Positions 1 through 8,583 of a DNA stretch of 64,000 bases are shown piece by piece; within the stretch, counting starts at the first letter, position 1; every line of letters starts with the position of its first letter. Both the position numbers and the translations under genes were made by a program. The notes under the pieces were generated by a model. That model made no database searches and was not told where the DNA came from. It saw nothing but the letters and a program-made list of their open reading frames with translations. This DNA is from Candidatus Sericytochromatia bacterium (GTDB lineage: Bacteria > Cyanobacteriota > Sericytochromatia > S15B-MN24 > VGJW01). The DNA is taken from positions 64,001 to 128,000 of the forward strand of contig JAYKHS010000003.1 of the NCBI GenBank assembly GCA_035285865.1, written 5' to 3'.

Positions 1-48
1 CTGTTTCACCGCCAGCGACCGCGACACCGCAGTAGCCCGGATGATGGC

Positions 49-819
49 CTACCTGGAGCTCGAGTTCGGGGCCGCGACCACGGCCGCCGGCTGAAGAGGC
101 CGTGTTCCCGGTCGCCTGTAGCGATCGTAGGAGCCGATGACGGCACGGATGTACCGCCCGTTTCGGTAGCGACCACGGCTGATGATGCCGCGGCGCCCCG
201 CGTTGTAGTAGCTGAGCGCCATAGCGAGATCACCGCCGAACTCGCGCAACAGGGCTTTAAGGAAGTAGGTCCCGACACGGATGTTCTGCTCGGGATCGTA
301 GAGGTCGATGTGGCGCATGCCGAGCTTGCGACGGAGTCCGCGGGCTGTCGCCGGCATGACCTGCATGAGGCCGACGGCCCCGACGGGACTGACGCAATTC
401 GGGTCGAATGCGGACTCGATCTGGATGACGCCCGCAATCAGGCTCGCAGGAAGACCATGTTCGGAGGCGATCCGACGGATGAGACCGGCGTAGGGATAAT
501 AAGCGCGCCGCCCCTCGCGCACGCCGAAAGCCCGGACCCTGGCGGCCTCATGAGCCCCGGGCATACGCGAGACTGCTGCCGTCCGATGGTGCGCAGCGAC
601 ATGTATCCGCGGCATCGGCAATTGCACGTCTCGGCCAGCCGGGCCGACGGCCGCGCGTCCTGCAAGATTGGCGACCGCACCCAGCATGAGTGCCACGGCA
701 CCGAAACCGAGCACGATCCGAGGTTGGATGGCCGTCGATTCCTCTGCAGCAGGGGACGGCGTCACTCCATCCGCCGGACGCACGAACACACCAAGTACCG
801 GTTCAGTTGCTTCGGACAC
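49..819 (-). CDS. Lytic transglycosylase (SLT domain) with N-terminal membrane anchor
   Basis: SLT motifs VIQIESAFDP (catalytic Glu), GAVGLMQVMPATA and ALSYYNAG; hydrophobic segment near the N-terminus. Confidence 0.9.
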   Translation of the reverse strand: MSEATEPVLGVFVRPADGVTPSPAAEESTAIQPRIVLGFGAVALMLGAVANLAGRAAVGPAGRDVQLPMPRIHVAAHHRTAAVSRMPGAHEAARVRAFGVREGRRAYYPYAGLIRRIASEHGLPASLIAGVIQIESAFDPNCVSPVGAVGLMQVMPATARGLRRKLGMRHIDLYDPEQNIRVGTYFLKALLREFGGDLAMALSYYNAGRRGIISRGRYRNGRYIRAVIGSYDRYRRPGTRPLQPAAVVAAPNSSSR

Positions 820-953
820 ACGAATTCCCCATGACGGCCAAAATCAGGCTCGGCGGAGAATCTGAAGGTTAGGTGTATGGACTGCGAAAGGGTCGGAACA
901 GGGCGCCAAGGCAGGTACGGCCGATGTACCCACCTGTTCAGCCTAGCACTCCA

Positions 954-1970
954 TCAAGGGATGGTAAAGCCCAGGACCGGACTGGCCCCCATCGTGCCAA
1001 CCCCTCCGGCCAGAATCATGGCGGCCGCAAAGAGGCCCACCGCGAGGCCATACCAGACCGGCCTGCCCGGCTCGATACGGAACCCTCGCCAGACGACCGT
1101 GAACTGGGCCACGGCGGTAACGGCGATGGCGACTGCAGGGGCCGGATGCTTGACGCCAAGCAGGATGGCCACGGCCACGAGCGAGGTCAGCAGCAGCATC
1201 GACCCGATGAGAAGGCCCATTTCCGGCCCCAGAAGCGCGGCGAGGGTGCGCAGGCCGACGCGTCGATGGGCGTCGACGTCGCCGAGGGTCCCAAGCGTGA
1301 AAAGCCCGACCGCCCCATAGGTGAAGCCCCCACCAAGCAGCAGGGCGCCCGTGACGGGCGGACCAAACAAAAGAATGCCGACCAGCCAAGGCATGAACAC
1401 GACGCAAAGGGCGTTGAAGAGCCCGCTGGCCCAAGTCTGCCGGCGCAGGGAGAGCGGTGGGGCATTCATGGCAAAGACCAGCGCGGAGGCTGCAAGCGTC
1501 GCGTAAAAGACGCCCGACCCATCGGTGCTGCCGACCCCGAAGCGCCCAGACCAGGAGAGCCCCAGACCGTGGTCCAGTAGGTGGGCGAAGAACAGCATCA
1601 GCATGCCCATCAACCCCATCTGGGCCACGAGGACGTTCAACGGCAGAGCCCCGGAAGGCAAAGGACGCTCGGGATGATTCACCGAGTCGAGGTCACGGTC
1701 GAAGATGGCGTTGACCACGCTGCCGAGCCCCGTGATCAACGGCCCGCAGAGCAGCGCGCCAAAAGCCAGACGCGTGGCCCCGACACCAGTCGCGGGCACT
1801 TGGCCGGTAGCCAGCGCTCCGGCCAGCATGGCGGCAATGGGGATGATCCACCGCTCCGGCCGTGCGGTACGAAGCGACAACTGCCACGGGGCCCGCTCGG
1901 GCTGCAGAGGCAGGGAGACGGTTTCGGCCCGAAGGACACGGAGCGTCGGGGGAGCGGCATGCAACTGCAT
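954..1970 (-). CDS. UbiA-family prenyltransferase, most similar in motif pattern to chlorophyll/bacteriochlorophyll synthase (ChlG/BchG); divergent active site
   Basis: Multi-TM protein with NAIFDRDLDSVNHPERPLPSG, RPERWIIP, NAPPLSLRR, MPWLVG and GLRTLAALLG. Start placed at ATG 1970 because the ORF track's upstream part runs through an AT-rich promoter. Confidence 0.8.
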   Translation of the reverse strand: MQLHAAPPTLRVLRAETVSLPLQPERAPWQLSLRTARPERWIIPIAAMLAGALATGQVPATGVGATRLAFGALLCGPLITGLGSVVNAIFDRDLDSVNHPERPLPSGALPLNVLVAQMGLMGMLMLFFAHLLDHGLGLSWSGRFGVGSTDGSGVFYATLAASALVFAMNAPPLSLRRQTWASGLFNALCVVFMPWLVGILLFGPPVTGALLLGGGFTYGAVGLFTLGTLGDVDAHRRVGLRTLAALLGPEMGLLIGSMLLLTSLVAVAILLGVKHPAPAVAIAVTAVAQFTVVWRGFRIEPGRPVWYGLAVGLFAAAMILAGGVGTMGASPVLGFTIP

Positions 1971-2030
1971 CGCGGGGATGACCTGTCCTCGGAAGGCTGC
2001 GGGGGATACGCCCGGGACACTCCGGACTCC

Positions 2031-2098
2031 CTTTAATCTTCCGTTAATCTTAATCCAAAGTAAAGACCCGGGCGAGTATATTAACCCGCCCTTAACCG
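2031..2098. promoter_or_regulatory. AT-rich divergent promoter with 11-bp-period TTAA direct repeats (OmpR/PhoB-type boxes)
   Basis: TTAATCTT at 2033 and 2044; TTAACC at 2081 and 2092; lies between two divergent genes. Confidence 0.5.
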
Positions 2099-2131
2099 GC
2101 AAGCACAACACGCCCCCTGCGGCCTGGGTAT

Positions 2132-4291
2132 GTGGCCCCTATGTTCCGTGACCGGCCGCACTGGCGAGCATCCTTGCTGCTCACAGGCATGCTGCTGGCA
2201 GGGTGCCGGCAAGGCTTCGGGGATCTGGCGCGCCTTCCGGCTGCGGTGACGGGAACTCCGGCCGCGGAGACTGCACCCGCCGGGAACAGCACCTACATGC
2301 TGCCGGGTCGCGTCGTGGACGCATCAGGTCAGCCCATCCCGGGCGTACCCGTCAGAGCATGGCCTTCGGACGCGCTGCCACCCGGTAGCCGGGCCAGCCT
2401 CATCGCCAACGATGCAGCTGGCCTTGTCGCCCATGATGCCGCCGGACGAAGGGCGATCCAGCAGGCAACCGATCTCGTCGTTTCGGATGCAAGCGGCTCC
2501 TTCCGCCTTGACCTGCCCGCCGGCCGCTACAACCTCGAAGCCATCCGCTCCGCCACGGCCAAGGGCTGGCTGACGGACGTGGCCGTCGGCCCGGGCTCAA
2601 CGCCCCGGGAAGCCGTGTTGCGGACGTTGCAGACCGGCCGGGTAACGGGCAGGGTCCTTATGCCAGTCGCCTCCGGTGCCAGCAAGCCCCTCTTCGTCAC
2701 CGAAGCGGAAGTCCTGGTGGTCGGGTCGTCCTACAAGGCCCGGCCCGATGCGACGGGCCATTTCAGCATCGACGACGTGCCCGTCGGCATCCTGCACCTG
2801 CTGGTCTGGCATCCGGTCGTCGGAGCCTCGCGGCCTTGGGGAGCAACCCGGGAGGTACCGGCGGCCTCGGGTTCGCTCGTCCTCGACGATGTCCGACCTG
2901 CATTCGGCGGGGGCTGGGTCGCGATACCTGCGGAATCGCTGCCGAGGCCGACAGCATCACCCGGCGACAGCCCGATGCCGACGATCGCACCCACGCCGTC
3001 CCCCGCACCGACACCCGAGCCGACCCCGTCTCCCGCGGCAACGACCCCGCCATTGCCCAGCTCGTTGCCCACGGAGCAACCCTCAGCCTCGCCTGGTGCG
3101 ACAACCCTGCCCGAGCCGACGGCATCCCCTGCAACGACGCCTGCACCGACCGAAGTGCCCGCGCCATCACCGCAGCCATCGCCACAACCCTCGCCCGTGC
3201 CGTCGGAACCACCGACCCCGACTCCGACCGCATCGCCAGCTCCCCGGGGGCCCGGGATATTCTTCCTCGATGGCAGCCTGCCCTTTGCCCTGCAGCAAGC
3301 AGGCGTGGTGACCGTGGATGCCTTGACCCTCGGCGATCTTGGCGTGGATTCGGCCAGTCCGAGGCACTTCCTGGTCGGCGGCGTGACGCCTGAGGCCAAT
3401 GGTGGCCGGGAGGCCACGGACTCGGTCCTGATGATCTCGGAAAATGCCGCCGGCCGCATCGAGAACATCCAGGTCCTCCCGAGCAGGCTGCGCGTGCCGC
3501 GCCGCAGTGCTGCGGCGGTACTCGTCCCCCCCTACGTCTATGTCATCGGCGGCTTCGAGGTCGCTTCGCTGGACACACCGCTGGCCTCGGTCGAACGCGC
3601 ACGGCTGACGGCAGACGGCCTCGGGCCCTTCGAATCGATGGGTGAGCTTCTGGATGGTCCGCGTGCCCGCCACTCCGTGGTCCGCATCGGGGCGTGGCTG
3701 TTCAGCATCGGGGGCCGTACCGGTCCGCAGGACCAGAATTTCACTGCCGTGATCGCCCGCGCACCCATCGGGCCGGACGGTACGATCGGCTCCTTCCAAC
3801 CCCACGCCAGCTTGCTGCAACCGCGGGCCGCAGCCGCGCTCGTGGGGCCATGGGGCACCCAGTTCCAGCTCATTGGCGGCGTCGGGACGGACCGGAACGG
3901 TCAGGTCAGGCTCTCCAGTTCCGAGCGCCTCGCATTCACGGAGTATCAGTCAGCGGATCGACGCGTCGATCTCGGCAGCGATCCGGCCGGAGCACGTGGC
4001 GACGCCCTGCCGACGTCGCGCGCAAGGCTCGGGCACGCCCTGCTCGGGGACCGCCTCTACGTGTTCGGCGGTTCGACGGGCCAGGTAGGTACCGAGGTGC
4101 TGTCCGGCGTGCTCGAGGGCGATGCCCTCGGTCCCCTCAGGGAGTTCGCCGGCGCACGTCTTGCCGCGGGTGTCGATGACGCCGCCACGCTGGTGACGAG
4201 CGAGAACATCTATGTGCTCGGGGGATCCAATCCCTCCGGTTCCGCGGGCGTTTCCTTCATCCAGCGAGCCCCGATCCTCGACCTGCGCTGA
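2132..4291 (+). CDS. Lipoprotein with carboxypeptidase-regulatory-like beta-sandwich domains, Pro/Thr-rich linker and Kelch beta-propeller
   Basis: Lipobox LLAGC; GRVVDASGQPIPG and DASGSFRLDLPAGRY; long PTPSP linker; Kelch repeats YVYVIGG, LFSIGG, LYVFGG and IYVLGG. ATG 2141 is an alternative start. Confidence 0.8.
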   Translation: MAPMFRDRPHWRASLLLTGMLLAGCRQGFGDLARLPAAVTGTPAAETAPAGNSTYMLPGRVVDASGQPIPGVPVRAWPSDALPPGSRASLIANDAAGLVAHDAAGRRAIQQATDLVVSDASGSFRLDLPAGRYNLEAIRSATAKGWLTDVAVGPGSTPREAVLRTLQTGRVTGRVLMPVASGASKPLFVTEAEVLVVGSSYKARPDATGHFSIDDVPVGILHLLVWHPVVGASRPWGATREVPAASGSLVLDDVRPAFGGGWVAIPAESLPRPTASPGDSPMPTIAPTPSPAPTPEPTPSPAATTPPLPSSLPTEQPSASPGATTLPEPTASPATTPAPTEVPAPSPQPSPQPSPVPSEPPTPTPTASPAPRGPGIFFLDGSLPFALQQAGVVTVDALTLGDLGVDSASPRHFLVGGVTPEANGGREATDSVLMISENAAGRIENIQVLPSRLRVPRRSAAAVLVPPYVYVIGGFEVASLDTPLASVERARLTADGLGPFESMGELLDGPRARHSVVRIGAWLFSIGGRTGPQDQNFTAVIARAPIGPDGTIGSFQPHASLLQPRAAAALVGPWGTQFQLIGGVGTDRNGQVRLSSSERLAFTEYQSADRRVDLGSDPAGARGDALPTSRARLGHALLGDRLYVFGGSTGQVGTEVLSGVLEGDALGPLREFAGARLAAGVDDAATLVTSENIYVLGGSNPSGSAGVSFIQRAPILDLR

Positions 4292-4398
4292 ACACGGCCT
4301 GCGTGACAGCCATGTGACGCATGGACGCAGGGCATGGCCTAGAATGGGGCTTCCCGTTCCCGTCCCGGGCCGGATTGCAGAGGGAGACCCAGACGCCT

Positions 4399-6240
4399 AT
4401 GTGCGGCATCGTCGGCTATTGGGGGGCCAAACAGGCCTCGGACGTCCTCGTGGGTGGCCTGCGCCGCCTCGAGTACCGGGGCTACGACTCCGCCGGCGTG
4501 GCCGTTCTGGCGGACGGCGCCCTGCAAATCCGACGTGAGGTCGGCAAGCTTCAGGCGCTCGCCGATGGCCTCGGCCGCGCGCCGGTTCCCGGCACCGTGG
4601 GGATCGGCCACACCCGCTGGGCCACGCACGGGCGCCCGACGACCTACAACGCGCATCCCCACACGGATGCGACGGGCAAGCTGGTGGTGGTCCACAACGG
4701 CATCATCGAGAACTACATGGCCCTCAAGGAGCGTCTGCAGGGAGCTGGCCACACATTCCAATCGGATACCGACAGCGAGGTCCTCGCGCATCTGGTCGGC
4801 AGTTGCTATGCCGGCGACCTCCCCGCCGCCGTCCGCAAGGCCCTGAAACAGGTCGAAGGAACCTATGCCGCGGCCTTTCTCCATCAGGACCACCCCGACA
4901 CCATCGTGGGCGTCCGTCACGGTGCACCGCTCGTGGCCGGCGTCGGTGATGACGAATCCTTCCTCGCCTCGGACGTCAGCGCCCTGCTCGATCACACCCG
5001 CTCCGTGGTGTATCTGGACGACGGCAATCTCGTGCAAATCGGTCCCGAAGGCGTCAGGGTTTCCGATCTCGCAGGCCGCGACCTGCCGCTCGAGGTGCAT
5101 CGCGTCGACTGGAACCCTGCCGCTGCCGAGAAGGCCGGATTCGAGCACTTCATGCTCAAGGAAATCCACGAGCAGCCCGCCAGCTTGACGAACACGCTGG
5201 GCGGACGCCTCGACCAGGCCGCAAACCGCATCCATCTCGGAGACCAGCGCCTGACGGACGACGTCCTGAAGGGCATTCGCCGCGTCGTCGTCGTGGCCTG
5301 CGGGACGGCCTACTACGCGGGCCTCGTCGGCAAGTACGTCCTCGAGGAGCTCGCGCGACTGCCGGTCGAGGTCGACGTGGCCTCCGAGTTCCGCTATCGT
5401 CGCCCGGTTCTCGACCCCGAGACCCTCGTCATTGCCATCTCGCAGTCGGGCGAGACAGCCGATACGCTCGCTGCGCTGCGCGAGGCCAAGCGCCTCGGCT
5501 GTCCGACCCTCGGTGTCATCAACGCCATCGGTTCGACGATGGGCCGCGAGGTCGATGCCGTCCTCGCCCTGCAATCCGGACCAGAAATCAGCGTCGCCTC
5601 GACCAAGGCCTACACGAGCATGGTCGCCGCCATGCTCGTCCTGGGAGTCCACTTGGGTCAGGTCCGCGGCACGGTCGGGGATGCCGACGCCGCCGCGCTC
5701 ATCCGCGATCTCAAGCATCTGCCCGCACTGGTCACGAAGACCCTCGAGATGGCACCCCAGGTGCGCACCCTCGCCGAGGCCTTCGCGCTGTCGCAGAACT
5801 TCCTGTTCCTTGGACGCGGCATCAACTACCCCACGGCGCTGGAAGGCGCACTCAAGCTCAAGGAAATCTCCTACATCCACGCCGAGGCCTATGCGGCCGG
5901 CGAGATGAAGCACGGCCCCATAGCCCTCATCAACGAGGCGATGCCGGTCCTGGCCATCGCGACCCGAAGCGCGACCTACGACAAGATGGTCAGCAACATC
6001 CAGGAAGCCCGCTCGCGCAAGGGCTCCGCGATGGGTACCGTCATCGCCGTGGCCACCGAGGGCGACACCCAGATCGCCCACCACGTGGATCGGGTGCTGT
6101 ACGTGCCGGACAGCACCGAGCTGCTCTCGCCCATCATCAACGCAATCCCGCTGCAACTGCTGGCCTACGACATCGCGCGCATTCTGGGCAAGGACATTGA
6201 CCAACCCCGCAACCTGGCCAAGTCGGTGACCGTGGAATGA
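4399..6240 (+). CDS. glmS: Glutamine-fructose-6-phosphate aminotransferase
   Basis: Begins MCGIVG at ATG 4399; [20 protein letters not shown]-terminal [11 protein letters not shown]. Confidence 0.98.
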   Translation: MCGIVGYWGAKQASDVLVGGLRRLEYRGYDSAGVAVLADGALQIRREVGKLQALADGLGRAPVPGTVGIGHTRWATHGRPTTYNAHPHTDATGKLVVVHNGIIENYMALKERLQGAGHTFQSDTDSEVLAHLVGSCYAGDLPAAVRKALKQVEGTYAAAFLHQDHPDTIVGVRHGAPLVAGVGDDESFLASDVSALLDHTRSVVYLDDGNLVQIGPEGVRVSDLAGRDLPLEVHRVDWNPAAAEKAGFEHFMLKEIHEQPASLTNTLGGRLDQAANRIHLGDQRLTDDVLKGIRRVVVVACGTAYYAGLVGKYVLEELARLPVEVDVASEFRYRRPVLDPETLVIAISQSGETADTLAALREAKRLGCPTLGVINAIGSTMGREVDAVLALQSGPEISVASTKAYTSMVAAMLVLGVHLGQVRGTVGDADAAALIRDLKHLPALVTKTLEMAPQVRTLAEAFALSQNFLFLGRGINYPTALEGALKLKEISYIHAEAYAAGEMKHGPIALINEAMPVLAIATRSATYDKMVSNIQEARSRKGSAMGTVIAVATEGDTQIAHHVDRVLYVPDSTELLSPIINAIPLQLLAYDIARILGKDIDQPRNLAKSVTVE

Positions 6241-7220
6241 ACCTGCCGTCGCCGGAGTTCCGTCCGCGTCGCTTGCGGCGCACAGAAGCCCTGCGGCGCG
6301 CCGTCCGCGAGACGGTACTCGAGCCCCGGAACCTCATCCTGCCACTGTTCGCCTGTCCGGGCAGCGGCATCGCACGCGAGGTTCCCTCGATGCCCGGCGT
6401 CTTCCAGCAGAGCGTGGACAAGCTCCTCGAGACGGCGCATCGGGCCCGCGAGGCGCGACTCGGGGGCGTGATCCTGTTCGGCCTGCCCGAGTCCAAGGAC
6501 GCCACCGGCAGTTCGGCCTGGGACGAAGCCGGCCCGGTTCAGGAGGCGTTGCGGCGCATCAAGCGCGAGCTTCCGGACCTGCTGACGATCGCCGATGTCT
6601 GCATGTGCGAATACACCGACCACGGCCATTGCGGCATCCTCGAAGGCGACCATGTCGTCAACGACGCGTCGCTCGAACTGCTGGCACGAGCCTCCGTTAG
6701 CCTCGCGGATGCTGGCGCGGACATCCTGGCGCCCAGCGACATGATGGACGGACGCGTGGCGGCGATCCGTGCCGCGCTGGACGAAACCGGCCATGACGAC
6801 AAGCCGATCCTGTCCTACTCGGTCAAGTACGCTTCCGCCTTCTATGGCCCCTTCCGTGACGCTGCGGGCAGTGCCCCCCGTTCGGGCGACCGCCGGGGGT
6901 ACCAGATGGATCCTGCCAACGTGCGCGAAGCCCTCAAGGAGGCTGCCGAGGATCTGGCCGAAGGCGCCGACATGCTGATGGTCAAGCCGGCACTTGCCTA
7001 CATGGACATCATCCGGGCCGTGAAGGAGATGACGGATCGTCCGCTGGCTGCCTACAACGTCTCGGGCGAGTACGCGATGGTCAAGGCGGCCGCCCGTGCG
7101 GGCTGGATCGACGAACGGCGCATCGTTCTCGAGTTGCTGACCGGCCTGAAACGGGCAGGGGCCGACCTGATCCTGACCTACCACGCCCTCGACGCGGCGG
7201 CCTGGCTCGCCGAGGGCTGA
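6237..7220 (+). CDS. hemB: Porphobilinogen synthase (Zn-type CxCx7C)
   Basis: [35 protein letters not shown] and YNVSGEYAM; 4-bp overlap with glmS. Confidence 0.98.
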   Translation: MNLPSPEFRPRRLRRTEALRRAVRETVLEPRNLILPLFACPGSGIAREVPSMPGVFQQSVDKLLETAHRAREARLGGVILFGLPESKDATGSSAWDEAGPVQEALRRIKRELPDLLTIADVCMCEYTDHGHCGILEGDHVVNDASLELLARASVSLADAGADILAPSDMMDGRVAAIRAALDETGHDDKPILSYSVKYASAFYGPFRDAAGSAPRSGDRRGYQMDPANVREALKEAAEDLAEGADMLMVKPALAYMDIIRAVKEMTDRPLAAYNVSGEYAMVKAAARAGWIDERRIVLELLTGLKRAGADLILTYHALDAAAWLAEG

Positions 7221-7221
7221 C

Positions 7222-7701
7222 TCACCAGCCCATCAGGCGGGCCCAGAGGTCGCTGGCCAGCTCGATCGAGCGCGGTGCACGCGGCGCGCGCAGCAAAGGC
7301 ATGCGGGCCTCGTCCGGCGTGCGATCTCCCTTGCGGTTGTTGCAGCGCAGGCAGGCCGCGACCAGGTTTTCCCAGGAATCGTCGCCCCCGCGAGAACGGG
7401 GCATGACGTGGTCGACCGTCAGGTCGCCGCCCTTCCGGCCACAATACTGACAGGCTTGCCGATCGCGCCGGAAGAGGGCCTGCCGGGAAGGTTTCAGGCT
7501 CTCGAAGGTGTAGCGGGCAACCACGCGGACAAGCAGGCGGATGGCATAGGGGACGCGGATCTCCGTCGATGGGGAACGAACCACGTCCTCCGTGTCGCGC
7601 ACCGAGACCGCACGGCCCTGGTAGAGCATCGTGATCGCCTTCTCGACCCCTACGGTGTAGAGCGGTTGGTAAGTGGTCGACAGGACGAGAACCTGCATCA
7701 C
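7222..7701 (-). CDS. HNH endonuclease family protein
   Basis: RDRQACQYCG, TVDHVMPRSRGG and WENLVAACLRCNNRKG. Confidence 0.93.
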   Translation of the reverse strand: MMQVLVLSTTYQPLYTVGVEKAITMLYQGRAVSVRDTEDVVRSPSTEIRVPYAIRLLVRVVARYTFESLKPSRQALFRRDRQACQYCGRKGGDLTVDHVMPRSRGGDDSWENLVAACLRCNNRKGDRTPDEARMPLLRAPRAPRSIELASDLWARLMGW

Positions 7702-7824
7702 GGGAACACTCCCTTGCGGGCACCCCGGGGACGACCGAAGCGCCCTGTTGCAGTTTTACCCGCCCAAGTCCCCGTCGTAGCAGGCTTTCGGGCCAAATTT
7801 CCGAGAGGCTGTATGCTGGATGCC

Positions 7825-8583
7825 ATGGCAGGCAGCGGATGCCTCTACCTCGTGGCTACCCCCATCGGCAACCTCGAGGACATCACCCTGCGTGCACTGG
7901 ACACCTTGGCCAACGTCGACCGCGTCGCAGCGGAAGACACGCGCGTTGCCCGCAAGTTGCTGGACCGACACGGCATCGACAAGCCCCTCGTCTCGTGCCA
8001 CGCCCACACGGCCGGACCGAAGCTGGAAGCCCTGGCGAATGCCATGGCTGCGGGCGAACGCCTCGCCTTCATCAGCGATGCGGGGACCCCGGGCATCTCG
8101 GACCCTGGGCATGAGCTGGTCTGCCTGGCCGTGTCGCGCGGCGTGACCGTCGTGCCCATTCCGGGTGCGAGCGCTCTGACGGCATTGCTGTCCGTTGCGG
8201 ACCTGCCAGCCGGACGGTTCGTCTTCGAGGGCTTCCTGCCGCGCGAGGGCAAGGCGCGACGACGGCTGCTCCGCACGACCGCGGCCGAACTGAGGCCGAC
8301 CGTGTTCTTCGAAGGCCCTCACCGCCTGGAAGACACGTTGACGGACCTGCTGGCCATCTGGGGCGACAGGCGTGTCGTGATCGGCCGGGAGCTGACCAAA
8401 CTGCACGAGGAAGTCTTCCGGGGCAGCCTGTCCGAGGCGCTGGCCCGCTTCACGGCCGATCCGCCGCGCGGGGAGTTGTCGCTGCTCGTGGCCGGTGCTT
8501 CGGCGGAAGCACCGACCATCGACCCTGAGCCCGAAGCCTCCCCACCCCTTCGTCCCGGCCGCCGGGAGAGGAACCGCCGATGA
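7825..8583 (+). CDS. rsmI: 16S rRNA (cytidine1402-2'-O)-methyltransferase
   Basis: LYLVATPIGNLEDIT, AAEDTR, SDAGTPGISDPG and RELTKLHEE; start at ATG 7825 (or 7813). Confidence 0.95.
   Translation: MAGSGCLYLVATPIGNLEDITLRALDTLANVDRVAAEDTRVARKLLDRHGIDKPLVSCHAHTAGPKLEALANAMAAGERLAFISDAGTPGISDPGHELVCLAVSRGVTVVPIPGASALTALLSVADLPAGRFVFEGFLPREGKARRRLLRTTAAELRPTVFFEGPHRLEDTLTDLLAIWGDRRVVIGRELTKLHEEVFRGSLSEALARFTADPPRGELSLLVAGASAEAPTIDPEPEASPPLRPGRRERNRR

Noticed and set aside
2940..3250. Repetitive-looking DNA in the Kelch lipoprotein gene
   Set aside because: It encodes a Pro/Thr/Ser linker with varied codons; not a CRISPR or tandem DNA repeat.
4292..4398. Possible glmS ribozyme upstream of glmS
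   Set aside because: Only 107 nt, and the conserved AGCGCC...GACGAGG core is not visible.
7222..7701. HNH gene as a mobile element or defence nuclease
   Set aside because: It matches the common stand-alone chromosomal HNH type, with no flanking repeats, methyltransferase or intron context.
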